NCBI RefSeq assembly: GCF_009914755.1
Contig: NC_060945.1
Origin: the human T2T-CHM13v2.0 reference genome, Homo sapiens
DNA: 64,000 nt
Direction: 5' to 3' (one strand)
The notes beneath the pieces were generated by a model, which saw nothing but the letters and a program-made list of their open reading frames with translations, ran no database searches and was not told where the DNA came from. Position 1 is the stretch's first letter. The number at the start of each line of letters is the position of its first letter. Of this stretch, positions 31,080 to 45,103 are shown in pieces. The position numbers and the translations under genes are program-made.

Positions 31080-31628
31080 CGATCTTCCTCCCTTCTTTCT
31101 ATCTTTCCATCTTCCTCTCTCTTCTCTTCCGTTCCCTTGCCTTCTTCCTTCCTTTCTTCTTTTCCTCTTTCTTTTCTTTTTTCTTTTCCTTTCTTTTCTT
31201 TCTTTTCTCCTTCCTTCCTTCTTTTTCTTTCTTTCCCCTTATTCTTCCTTCCCTCCCCCCTCCCTTCCTTTCTCCCTTTTCTTCCTTCTTTTCTCTTATT
31301 CTTTCTCACTTTGTTGCTTTCTTTCCTTTTTTCTCCCTTCCTCCCTCCTTTTCTTCCTTCCTCCCTCCCTTCCTTTCCTCCTTTTTCCTTCCTTCTCTTT
31401 ATTTTCTTCGTGTCTTTGCCTTCCTCCCTTTTACCATTCTCTCTTCCTCCTTTCCTTCTTCTTTCTCACTTTCTTTCTCTCTTTCTTGAGTTCTTGCTTT
31501 TTTCTCCCTTCCTGCCTTTCTCCCTTCCTCCCTCCCTCCCTTCTCTCATTTCCTCCTTCTTTTCTTTCTTCTTTCTTTCCTTCCTTCCTTCTTTCCTTCC
31601 TTCTTTTTTCTTTCTTTTCTCTTTCCTA
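31080..31628. repeat. ~550-bp polypyrimidine (CTTT/CCTT) tract
   Basis: Visible directly. Confidence 0.95.
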
Positions 31629-31714
31629 CAATTCATATTATTTTAAAACAATTAAGAGAGGGAGGCAGAAAAATAAAGAGCACTTTAATCTGCAGGTAAA
31701 TAGATTATGTCTGC

Positions 31715-31842
31715 TGTAGACAACATAATAGCCTCCCAAAAATGTTCATGTCCTAATTCCCAGAGTTACAATTCCCTAACATACAAATATGTTAGGTTGC
31801 ATGGCAGTGGGAAATTAGATTTCAAGTGAAATTAAGGTTGTT
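31715..31842 (+). mobile_element. MLT1D/E-like LTR 5' fragment ending at the CAAAAAG array
   Basis: ataatagcctcccaaaaatgttcatgtcctaattccc...aatatgtta...catggca...aattaaggttg. Confidence 0.65.
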
Positions 31843-31844
31843 AA

Positions 31845-32072
31845 GGCGGCGGGGGCAAAAAGGCGCAGCAGCAAAAATCCGCGGCGGCGGGGGGCAAAAA
31901 GCCATGGCGGGCATAAACCCGCGGCGGCAGGGGGGCAAATATCCGCGGGGGGCAAAAAGCCACGGCGCCGGGGTGGGGCAAAAAGCCGGGGCGGGGAACA
32001 ACCCATGGTGGCGAGGGGAGGGGGACAAAAACCCGGGGTGGGCAAAAAGCGGCGGCGGCAAAAAGCTGCAGC
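31845..32072 (+). repeat. GC-rich CAAAAAG (GCTTTTTGC) repeat array 2
   Basis: About 12 degenerate units, same orientation as array 1. Confidence 0.95.
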
Positions 32073-33101
32073 CCAGGAAACATCACTTACTGTCCCTGCT
32101 AGTGTTGGGAAAGAAAGGAGGACACTCTTTAGAAACGTCTTTTACAATGAGACTGATAGTGGACTGTGTCTTAGAGCCATGAAAGGAAAGGAGAAGTTGT
32201 AGGATTTCCTGGGAATGTCAGCTAACCTGAGCCTAGGGGCCTGAGCCCAAGGGCAGACTGAGGCTCCCCCAGCACAGGGAGGTGCTGCCTGTGACAAGGG
32301 GTAGTGCTGGCACAGTGCAGGCTACTCCCTAGAAAGATCAGCTTGAATATGCAGGAAGAGCAGGACCCTCGGGCTGAGGCAGAGGTGGAATGGGAAGTGC
32401 ATGGTGGTAATTTAGTTCTCCAGAGGCCAGAAGTAGGAGGAGCGGTTGGAATGCTGATGGCCCAAAGGGAAACCCTGGACTACCCTGGCCTCCCACAGGA
32501 CTCTCATAGTAATTGCGGCTCCCTGCAGTGGTGAGGCCAGAAGGAGTGTTGCCCAATGCTGTCATCATCCAGTCCACCCCCCACCCACCATCAACAGATG
32601 AGCATGGTCATGAGTGTGGTCACCTCATCAGTCATTTGCTCAGTTGTGAAAAAGAAATTGTTCAGAGAAGAGCAAAGTGTTTTTCCATGAGCCAAAGGTC
32701 AGCCAAGTTATGCTAATGAGGAGGACTGGAGACAGCGTGTCACAGACACCGAGAAGGAGCACTGGGCAAGGGCACTTCTCCCAGGGCAGAGCCCACAAGG
32801 AGCGTCCTGGCACCAGACACTCAGGGAACTGAAGGCTGGCAGGGGCCCGCCCAGTAGTCTCTTGCCCACTGCGTGCCTTTAGGCTACAGCCTCCCAGGCC
32901 CCGTGCCCCCTCCCCTCCCCCCCATGCCACTCTGGGGAGAATGCTGACCCTGAGGGTGGTGCAACCATCTGCCTGCCCCTGGCCACCACCTCTCACCAGC
33001 ATGTGAATGCTCTTGGGCTCAGTTCTGTATCTGCAGTAGGAGGGTGTTTAGCCACATGAGAGAGTCTCACCTTTTGACATTCTATGTCTTTCAGTCTGTC
33101 A

Positions 33102-33458
<357 letters not shown>

Positions 33459-35359
33459 TTATGTGCATACAGGTATTTGGGTACCACATTTGTAATTTAC
33501 AGTGAGTTTGAAAGATAGAAATTGTAACAGTATGGTTGGGAGCCAGGTATGTAAGGCAGTTGCCGGTGGGCATGTTTTGAACCTGTATTGGGCCCTTATA
33601 TGTATGATCTCTGTGATCCCATCATTACTGTTCATTTCTTCCAGGAGAGGAATGACACACTTCTCACTTTAATTGCCAGATTATCTCCAATTCTGAATCA
33701 GTGGAATATAATTTAATATGATTTTACTATGATTGAGTCATTCTCTCCCAGGTACTGCTGGGCTAGGATAAAATGAGATCTGAATTACATTAAAATAATT
33801 AATTATTCCAAGAGAAGAGGTGACAGAATGTTTTAAGTGGGTGTGTAATTTAGATAACCTAGATGCAGATAAGCTGAATAAAGCATTTAATCCAGCACAT
33901 TCATATTTTAACTTGATCATCAGCAATGGGAGTTTGAAACCCAATTGCAGCTGCAGGTCCCACACAACTGAATTTGGTTCCGTGTGCATAGCAGTGTTCG
34001 CTGGACATGCCTGGAAGTCTGAAGGTGTGCCCTTTTATAGGCAGGAATTCCACCAGGATGGGTATAGCTTGTTTTTTTAAAAGGCTTGGGACTGGATATG
34101 ATTGCCCAAGAAGACAGTGTAGACAGCGAGGAGGGCTGAGCATGAATGGGATGACCTACCAGCACAAAAACAGCAGGCAGGAAGGCAGTAAAGAAATCAG
34201 CAGGGCCCAAACCAGGAGAGTGTGGCATGCCACGGTGGAGACTGAACAGAAACAAAGCCACGGGCGACTGTAGTGTTGTTCCCTGTTGAAGGAGAGACAC
34301 TCTATTATAGAAGACCTGGACTTCAGTTCAGTTCAGTTTCCTTAGTAAAGGACAAAATGGGGAGAGAAGACAGGGAATCAGGGAAGAAAAACTCATTCAC
34401 TTATGTGAGGCAAACATCGCATGCAGTCGTACCAACCAACAAAACATGATAAGCTACAAAGAACTACGGTTTTTGCTACTCTCAAAACGCTACTGAGATT
34501 ACCAGGTTTTAAGCTTATTTCAAGATTATTTATAGGTGATTCCCCAACTGGGAAGGTCATTTCTGAATTTCTTCTCTTCTAAAATAGATCTAGAAAAATT
34601 AACAAACCTTATTCCAGTAAGAAAGTTTGGGATGTACTGCTTCAGCCCCTGTCCTAAGGAAATTATCAAGCCTGGAGGGTGGGGTGCTATCAACTGCCTG
34701 CCAACATGTTACCTTCTGGCATCCAGAAGCTTCCCTGTGCCAGATGTAGCCACCAATGTGGGGAGGAGAGCACAAAGAGCAGAGAATCCACAGAAACCAT
34801 ACCTGCAGGGAGCAAACACCATCACACCCCACTGCTGTGAATGCAAATGCATTTACCTGTTCTTACCATCTCCCTCAGCATTTTGAATCTATTCTGGGAT
34901 TAGACAAGCTCCCAGACTTAACTGCTATGTTTAATAAAAACATGGTAAAGGAAGAATCGGGGCTATTAAAATGCTTAAGAATGAGAAAGTTGAAAAAAGA
35001 AAAAAAGAGGTAGATTGTGTTTGGCCTGTCTTCTCCCCACCGTAAGGGGTTGCCACTCAGCTGGAGGCCTGCTGGTTCGTGTGGGCCAGCCCTCGACACC
35101 TCAGTGACCAAACGAAATACAACCCTCACTAGAGCTTCTTGTACTTGGCAAGACCCAGGCGTAGACCTGGGCTACCAAACAAAACCTTGTGTTCTTAGAG
35201 CCTGGGAACAAGAGCTTTGACAGTTTCCACAAAGAACTCTTCCATAGCACTAGCATTTCTATTTGCACCTGCCTGCAGCCATTACTACGTTGACCTCTGG
35301 AAATGTCACATCAGCTGTTCTTGAGATAAAATACCATTTGCTATTTTTTTTTTATCTAG

Positions 35360-35522
<163 letters not shown>

Positions 35523-36158
35523 GTGAATAAACACCTGTTTTTCCAGCATCTAGTATACATCTTAAAATCTGAGAAGTGAACTTCTCTGTTTTGATTGTAA
35601 AAGGAAAGAGAACGGTAACACAGAAACTTTGTGTCCCAAATAGAGCACAGATAACTTGTCTATTACTCATAGTAATCCTCCCTTAAATTTGTATAACATG
35701 CGAAGTTTTACACAGTACTTATACCTCCCTTATCTAATTCAATCTTCATAACCACCCTGGGCAGTACTAATATTATAAACCAGTCTCCAACCTCAAGGTT
35801 GGTGCTCTTGCCACTGCCCAGGTGAAGCTGCAAAGCTGTGGCCACCTCTGTCTCCATGGTTGCATCTGTCTGGCCGTCTCAGGCCTCAACACTGCCCCAT
35901 CCATGTACTAAGAGTTAACCAAGCATGGAATTGGGGTATGTTACCTGAGCATCAGTCAGTTTTGCCAGGAGACCTGATACTTGTCCTTGTTTCTGTTGGT
36001 CTATTTAGGGAAAGCTGGGAATGCGTCCTTCCATGACTTGTTGGTTTTTAGCACTCTTGTCTGGATTTGCATGTGTAAATATACCTGTGCTATGCAGCTG
36101 CGTGGGTGTCCCCAAAGGAGGGATTGTTGCAGTCTTTGCTTGCCCTTTTGTCTTCTAG

Positions 36159-36780
36159 GAATAATGGCCTTACATTCTGGACTGAAACCTACTATGATTC
36201 GAGCATTACCTGACGATTTAGCACTCTTTTTGGCCGACGAATATACCAGGAAGTTGATGATGAGCCAGTTGGAAGCATACTGAAGTGTCTTGGACGGCCT
36301 GAGCCAAGCACAGGTGTTTGAGGACTACAGTTCATCTCAGGGTTTCTTGTAGTACAAGACCAGTGTGAAGTTATTCTGATTTCTTGGGAATTTTGCTTTT
36401 TCGTCTTCCCTTATACCCTACATCTTAAATTGTATGGAAGAACCTCTATTTTGCATCATGTCATTTCTGCCCATAATTGTACTGAAATAGAGAAGTCACT
36501 GCTCTTTCCCTTGGTAAAATAGAGAGTGGTCAGTAGCCTTATGCACCTAATTCAAAAGACTGAGTACAGTTCTGTCAGGGCTTTTACATAAACCTCTACT
36601 TGCACATGTAATTTGGACAGTTATGTGCTGAGGGAAATACAGTTTGGTTCCATGTTTATTTCAAATATTACCAGAAAAACCCAGAAGTGATCATTTCTCA
36701 TGAAGATGCTTACAAATGGTTGCTTAACCCATTCTAGATGCAGGATCTGCTTAACGTGTGTTACTATTCTAAGTGGTTGA
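36159..36780 (+). pseudogene. SLC25A15P: SLC25A15 pseudogene, last coding exon (36159-36283) plus probable 3' UTR
   Basis: Acceptor ttttgtcttctag; [41 protein letters not shown] versus recalled ORNT1 [41 protein letters not shown]; the retained intron shows it is unprocessed. Confidence 0.93.
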
Positions 36781-37076
36781 TTTTTTTTTTTTTTCTTAAT
36801 ATGGAGTCTCAGTCTCTTGCCAGTCTGAAGTGCAGTGATGCAGTCTCGGCTCACTGCAACCTCTGCTTCCTGGGTTCAAGCAATTCTCCTGCCTCAGCCT
36901 CCCGAGTAAGTGGGATTACAGGGGTGCTCTACCACACCTGGCTAATTTTTGTATTTTTAGTACAGATAGGGTTTCACCATGTTGGTCAGGCTGGCCTCGA
37001 ACTCCTGACCTCGTGATCCACCCGCCTCGGCCTCCCAAAGTGCTGGGATTACAGGCATGAGCCACTGCACCTGGCC
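36781..37076 (-). mobile_element. AluS
   Basis: Antisense Alu dimer. Confidence 0.95.
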
Positions 37077-37104
37077 AAATAAAACATATTTTTAATGAAT
37101 AAAA

Positions 37105-40100
37105 ATTAAGGACAAAGAAGAGCATTCCTTATAGAATGATAAAGGACACAATTCAACCAGAAGACCTAGCCTAAATATGTACACACCCAACATTGGAGCA
37201 CCCAAATTCATAAAACAAGTTTTTCTTGGTCTACAAAAAGATTTAGACACACAATAACAGCAGGAGACTTCAACAACCCACTGACAGCAATAGACAGATC
37301 ATTGAGGCAGAAAACTAACAAACTCTGTACTCGCACTTGACAGTTGACCAATTGGACCTGATAGACATCTACAGAACACTTTGCCCAACAAACACAGAAG
37401 ATACATTCTTATGTGCACACAGAACATATTCTAAGATCAAGCACATGCTTGGCCATAAAGCAAGCCTCAATAAATTCAAAAAGTTTGAAATCATACCAAG
37501 CACACACTCTGACCACAGTGAGACAAAAATAGAAATCAGTATCAAGAAGATCTCTCAAAACTACATAAATACATGGTAATTACATAATTTGCTCCTGAAT
37601 AACTCCTGGGTGAAAATCTAAATTAAGGCAGAAATAAAAAAATTCTTTGCAATTAATGAAAATAGGGACACAACATACCAGAATCTCTGGGATGCAGCTA
37701 AGGCAGTGTTAAGAGGAAAGTTTACACACGAAATGCCTTCATCAAGAAGTTAGAAATATCTCAAATTAACTTTCCTACTTTGCAGTTAAGGGAACTAGAA
37801 AAAAAGAACAAACTAACTCCAAAGCTGGCAGAAGAGAAATATCTAAAATTAGAGAAGCACTGAATGAAGTGCTTTTTGAGGTGCTGTTTTTTTAGACTAG
37901 ATGCAAAAATCCACACAAATGATCAATGAAACCAATAATTAGTTTTTCAAAAAATAAACAAGATGGATAGCCTGATAGCTAAACAAAGAAAAAAAGAGAA
38001 GAGCCAAATAAGTACAATCATAAATGACAAAGATGACATTACAAACAATCCCACAGAAATACAAAAGATCCTCAGAGAATACTATAAACAACTCTATGCA
38101 CACAAATTAGATAATCTAGAGGAAATGGAGAAATTCCTGGAAACATACAATCTCCCAAGATTGAATTAGAAAGAGATTGAAACCTTAAATAGACAAATAC
38201 CGAGTTCCAAAATCAAATCATTAATGTAAAATCTACCAACAAGGAAAAGCCCTGGACCAGATGACGCAAGAGCTGAATTCTACCAGATGTACAAAGAACT
38301 GGTACTAGTTCTATTGAAACTATTCCAAAGAACTGAGGATGAGGGGCTCCTCCCTAACTCAGTCTATGAAGCCAGCATCAGCCTAATACCAAAATCTGGC
38401 AGAGAAACACACAAAAAGAAAACTTCAGGCCAATTACTCTGATTAACATAGACACAAAAATTCTCAACCAAATACTAGGAAACAGAATCCAGCAGCACAT
38501 CAGTAAGTTAATCCACCACAATCAAGTCTTCAGTACAGGGATGCAAGGCTGGTTCAAATATGATGTTCATATTTACAACATACTAAATGTGGTAAATCAC
38601 ATTTAGTGATTCACCACATAAGCAGAACTAAAAGAAAAACCATATCATCATCTCAATAGATGCAGAAACAACTTTTGATAAAATCCAACATCCCTTCACA
38701 TTAAAAACCTCAACAGACTCAGCATCAAGGGAACATACCTCAAAATAATAGGAGCCATCTATGACAAACTCACAGCCACCAACCTACTGAATGGGCACAA
38801 GTTGGAAGCAATCCCCATGAGAAATGGAGCAAGACAATGATGCCGACTCTCATCACTCCTATTCAACGTAGCACTGGAAGACCTACCTGGAGAACTCAGG
38901 CAGGAGAAAGAAAGAATAGGCATCCAAATAGCAAAAGAAGAAGTCAAACTATCTCTCTTCACTGATGATATGATTCTATATCCAGAAAAGCAAAGACTCT
39001 GCCAAAAGGCTACTAGAACTGATAAATAACTTTAGCAAAGTTTCAGGATAAAAAATCAATGTATAAAAATCAATAGCATTTCTATACACCAATAATGTCC
39101 AGGCTGAGAGTTAAATCAAGAACAGAATCCCATTTATGGTAGCGACAAGGAAAATGAAATAACTAGGAATACAGCTAACAAAGGATGTGAAAGATCTCTA
39201 CAAGAACTATAAAACACTGCAGAAAGAAATCAGAGATAACACAATTAAATGGAAAAACATTCCATGCTCATGGATTGGAAGAATCAGTATCATTCAAATG
39301 GCCATACTGCCCAAAGCAATTGACAGATTCAGTGCTATTTCTATCAAACTACCAATGTCATTCTTCACAGAATTAGAAAAAAGTATTCTAGAAGTCATAT
39401 GAAACCAAAAGAGGGCCTCAATAGCCTAAGCAAATCTAAGCAAAAGGCAAAGCCAGAGGCTTCAAACTATAAGGCTATATTATCCAAAACAGCATGGTAC
39501 TGGTACAAAAGCAGACATATAGACCAATGGAACAGAATAGAAAACCCAGAATAAAGCCTTACACTTAAAACCACCTGATATTGCAAGGCTGACAAAAACA
39601 AGCAATGGGGGAAGGACTCCCTATTCAATAAATGGTGTTGGGGTAACTGGCTAGCAATATGCAGAATAATGATACTCGACCCATACCTTTCATCATATAC
39701 AAAAATTAACTGGAGATAGATTAAAGATTTAAATGTAAGACCTCAAGTGATAAAAATCCTAGAAGAAAACCTCAGAAATACCCTTCTTGACATTGGCCTT
39801 CGGAAAGAATTTTTAACTAAGTCCCCAAAAGCAATTGCAATAACAACAAAGATTGACAAGTGGGACCTAATAAAGCTAAAGCGCTTTGGCACAGCAAGAG
39901 AAACGATCGACAGAGCAAACAGACAACCCAGAGAACAGGAGGAAACATTTGCAAACTATGCATCCAACAAAGGTCTAATATCCAGAATCTATAAGGAACT
40001 TACACAAATCCACACGCAGAAACCAAATAACCCCATTAAAAATGTGGAAAGAACATGACACATACTTCTCAAAAGAAGACATACAAGTGACCAATGAGCA

Positions 40101-40838
40101 TCTGGAAAAATGCTTCACTTCACGAATTGTCAGAGAAGTGCAAATCAAAACCACAATGAGATACCATCTCACACTAGTCAGAATGGCGATTAATAAAAAG
40201 TCAAAAACAACAGATGCTGGCAAGGCTGCAGAGAAAAGGGAACGTTTATACATTGTTGGTGGGAGTGTAAATTAGTTCAGCCACTGTGGAAAGCAGTCTG
40301 GAGATTTCTCAAAGAACTTAAAATGAGCTACCATTCGACCCAGTAATCCCACTATTGGATATATACCCAATGGGAAAAAGACCACTCTACCAAAAGACAC
40401 ACACACTGATATGTTAATTGCTGTGCTATTCACAATAGTAAAGATATGGAGTCAACCTAGGTGCCCATCAGTGGTGGATTGGATAAAGAAAATGTGGTAC
40501 ATACACACGATGGAATTCTACACAGCCATAAATATGAGTGAAATCAGGTCTTTTGCAGCAACGTAGATGGAGCCGGAGGCCATTATCCTAAGCAAATTAA
40601 TGCAAGACCAGAAAACCAAATACTACATATTCTCACCTATGAGAGCTAAACAACAGGTACCCTTGGACATAAGGTTGGGAACAACAGACACTGTGGACTA
40701 CTAGAGGGGGATGGAGGGAGAGGGGTGCAGGTTGAAAAACTACCTATTGGGTACTATGCTCTCTACCGGGGTGCAATATACTGATGTGACAAACTTGCAC
40801 ACATACCCCCATATTTAAAATTAAAGCTAAAATTTTAA
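37105..40838 (+). mobile_element. 5'-truncated L1 (L1PA15/16-like), ORF2 plus 3' UTR, degenerate
   Basis: Many ORF2p fragments ([37 protein letters not shown]); 3' UTR gttgaaaaactacctattgggtactatgct. Confidence 0.92.
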
Positions 40839-41984
40839 GACATGAGTATCATTCTGATCTAAGTTTCTTGAGTTGTTCAAAGAATCATTCATTTTGCATT
40901 CTAAGAAAACAACACCCAAAGAGGCCTTAAATGAGTTTTCTTTGAATAAGCAAAAGCAGAATAGTGTGACAACTCACAATTTCCAGAAATTTTCGTGGGT
41001 CTTGGAGGTCTGGGGAAGAGAAACCTTAATGGTAATCTCCTTATTTCAAAAAGGGAAATCCTTAAAATAAAAAAGGGAGTTTCCTTCCTTCCTGTGTTTC
41101 TAGTACTGAAAAAGACAGATCTTAATCTTCACTGAGCCAGCTAAGTATTTTCCTCCCTATTCACCTAAACCCAGGACATAATCTGCCCTCTGTAGATTAT
41201 CGCTGTGTGAATTTTAAAGGAAATAGCATAACCTATGTTGTGCCTACACGTTTCTGTCGTATGAATGGCAGGGTATAATATTAACATGAAAGTAATTTGA
41301 AAGCATGTTCTACGATCTTTTCCTCAAAGAAGGAGCCAGATCAGGGGGAGTAAAGGAAAAAGACCTTTAGTTGGGCTGCTGCACGGGCAGTTGGAACCTT
41401 TTTTGGACTATTTAGAGGAGAAGAAGTCACCTGCAGCGAGGCGGCTCACCAACCTAGTGGGGCTCTTGGCTCCTGGCAGGTTGCTGCCTTCCGTGCCCAC
41501 CATGGCTCAGGGCTCTACTCTCATCTGTGCCACTTGGTACCCACAGACCTTATAGCAAGTGTTTTTCTATTTCCACTCAAAAATTAAAAAGCTCTATGGC
41601 AAACTCCCGACATTGAGCTGCTGATGTGGGTGGTCCCAGCGGTTAGTGTGTTGGTTAGAAAGTTGCTATGCCGGACAGGTTTGCCCTGGACTCTCAAACC
41701 CTGTATTTTCATGAACTGCTTCTTTTTTCAGTCCTTTCTGTAGAGTGCTAGGTTTTTCAGGAATGAGTTTATCGTGTTTTAGCAGTGACACTTGTCTTAT
41801 TAGTTGTTACCTTTCATTTCCTGATGAACGAATCTTGGTCTAGATTGTTGAGGGACTTGCCAATAAAAGGAAAATCATTCAAATAAGAATAATTTCAATA
41901 AAGCCAAGATAGAAGGTTTTCAAGGACAATCATGGCCGGAAGATACAGTGGCAATAAAGGTATTTTGAATGAATTAACACCCAT

Positions 41985-42296
<312 letters not shown>

Positions 42297-43183
42297 TTGT
42301 TAAAAAAAAGTAGCACCCAGCACCAAAGAGGAAATAATAATGATTTCCTGTAGACATAAGGCTAACCAGTGTTTATAACGCAAAGATAACCTCCCTTCAG
42401 AGTCCCCCCAAGCTTAGGTGAAGTTGGTTGTGAGCAGGAATAGTGAATTTCAAAATAATACACCTAGATTACTCTAAGAATATTTCTTTTGACTTCACTT
42501 ACAATTTTATACAAAAGCAGAAGTTATTAAAGATTACTTTTCATATTTACCACCATCTTCTTACCCCAACCCCCATGTCTGTGTGTAATTAAAGGAAGCT
42601 TGTCAAGTAAGCTACCTATTTAGTGCTCGGAATGAAAGGGAGTGTGTGTTGGGAGTTGGGGGACTGCTTGCGTGAAACATTTCTCTCTTCTGGATTTAAA
42701 ACTTAGTCTTGGTTGCCAATCTGTTAACAGACAGTTTGTAAATGAAGGGGAAGAAAAATATATAAATTAGCTTTCTAATAAATCTGAAATTACAAATGTG
42801 AACCAAAGCAGGGAATAAATACTTGACCAAAAATATGTAAGTAAGTGGGTGTTGGGGAATCACAATTTTTGAATATCTCAAGTTTTTGCTTTGAAAGTTC
42901 TATTTCAAAGTTCTTCAAAATGATGCCTGATGTTCCTGCATACTGTGTTCCAAATTTAGGTAAATACAAGATGGAAACTGTGAAGTATGTACCTTCAAAA
43001 AAGAAGAAAGACACTGACATTTTATCTATATATATGTAATAGATTTATGAAGAACATATATAAACATATATAAACATAAATAAATACTTCAAGGAACATT
43101 TAGGATAGATTTAGGATATATGAACATGTGGCAGGGTTGGAAAGAACATAATTCTTTCCCAGAAGGGGAAGGGGGAGCTATAC

Positions 43184-43319
43184 TTAATCGGATCCAGCTA
43201 CAACATCACTGGAAGTCATTTTCTCGCCAAAAAGTATCTCCACGGCAAAATCTGATGGATAAATTCTCCGTGCTTTTTGTTTATGTAGATTATCCAATTC
43301 ATTTTTTGGTAGATAAAGC
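43184..43319 (-). CDS. TPTE: TPTE last coding exon
   Basis: tag|G CTT TAT...; (R)[44 protein letters not shown]; by recall the tail [11 protein letters not shown] is TPTE-specific and absent from TPTE2. Confidence 0.93.
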
Positions 43320-43663
43320 CTAAGAATAGAAAAAAATTATTACATTTTATATTGGGGCTCACTGAAAAGCCACACAGTTGGGTACCCACGTTAGAGCTGG
43401 AAGAAACAAAAAAAGAACCTCACCATGAATAGAACCTCAGCCCTTTTTTTGTGTCTCAGTTGGCTCCTTCCACCTTTTTACTGAGACATAAAAATACTTT
43501 AATCTTCAGCAACACATCAGTAACACATGCTGACTCTCTTAGCATTGCTTTATATGGAATTAATGACATCCAAGTTTAATAAAATATCTAAATTTCTCTC
43601 TGTGACAGAAATCAGTCAGGATAGACATGAATGAAAGCCCAGTAATAAAATACTATATCTCTT

Positions 43664-43793
43664 TTAATTTATGTGTGAGGTTGCAATTTTTTGAATTTTT
43701 ACAATCAGACCTTGGAAATGACCTTGAGCAGTAGGATATAACTCCCACATGCTGAGTGTTCCAATAATGGAACACTAGGCATAAATTGGTTAA
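43664..43793 (-). mobile_element. MER85 (piggyBac/PGBD3-derived MITE) with TTAA at both ends
   Basis: gaggttgcaattttttgaatttttacaatcagaccttgg...gaccttgagcagtaggatata...gttccaataatggaacactaggcataaattgg; TTAA at 43664-43667 and 43790-43793. Confidence 0.9.
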
Positions 43794-45103
43794 CCCATTT
43801 ATGCCTCGTGTTCTCAATGATAGAAGTTAGCATTTTTAGCTAAACAACAATCTCATAACAAAAACAGCTTTACCAAGTAGGATGTAAATTTAAATGTTAC
43901 AGAAATCTTTAGAAATTTATATAAAATAAGAATAAAAGTGACCTAGCTTATCACTTCTCCAAAATGAACATAGTGTTTTAAAGGAAAAAAAAAATGGTAT
44001 CCTTTAGCAAGAACCACTTTTGAGGAGCAGCATCAAATGAAGCTCCACCCAGGTCTCACTTTTTGAGGGTCTTTGCTCATGTTAGAATAAAAAGCTTATT
44101 GTTTGTATGCATCCAAAAAAAAAAACTTGTAAAAAATTTCCATCAAATACAAAGTTGACTCTATCAAAATCCATTAAATGTTTTGCATTGCAAGTGTGCA
44201 GACCAGAGGTTTAATTTCCTGTTGCCTTGCTGGACTTAAGGAATCATTCGATCCAGTTCACATTTGAAGAAAAGATTAGGACTGGATGTAACAATAACTA
44301 TCAATTCATGCCACATATAATCATAGCCACTTCTTCAACTCTGACCTAAATCATTTAAAAAATATTTTGTCCTTTTGTATTGAAGAGTATGGTTGACACA
44401 AAAAAAGTCTCAATTTTTCACCATCACAAAACAAATGCTACTTACAGTGGAGAACTTCTAGACTGAGAAATGAGTTTCCAAATATGGCAGAAGGTTTTTT
44501 TGGAACAATAATCTCCAAATCCAATTAATAATTTTTCAGAAAGGTTTCCCAATTCAGTTATTAGAAAGCCATATTTGAATGGCTATTTAAATAGACTATT
44601 ACTTAATGATATTTCTTAGCTGTATTCCTTAATACTGTGTCTTGTGACTTCTCCTAGATATAAGTGTGTCAGTCAGCTTTTCAGCTAGCTGAAGCCTCCC
44701 TAGGTCCTGCCTTCCTTTAGCACAAAAGTTGATGGTGGTTCATCATTGGTAAATCAACACCTACTGACAGGGACCTGACATATTGAAGGTGCTGAGCAGC
44801 CTCATATTGAACTTCTCTGGGAGGAATTTACTACCACACTTAAGATCTGATGATAATACTTTTGAACTCGTAACACAGTCCTATGGCATGGACCCTGAGG
44901 ATACTGCAACAGTGGGTCTCAAGAACAAATGGATTTTTAAAATAACCAAAGTAAGAAGAGTAAGGCAAGGAACAATGGTGGTTCAAGGATTTTTTGCTTT
45001 CTATAAATTAAGTTTATGACAACCAGCAAAAGACTTGCCATTACACCTTATACATAGACATTGAAGATTAGGCTGTTTCTATGGGTTTCTATTATATTCA
45101 TAC

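Noticed and set aside
30848-31719. 213-aa and 189-aa Phe/Ser/Leu-rich ORFs that look like membrane proteins
   Set aside because: Translations of the CT-rich tract.
21038-32072. CRISPR-like array or composite transposon reading of the repeats
   Set aside because: Eukaryotic DNA, degenerate tandem units without unique spacers, and no cas gene, transposase or TSD.
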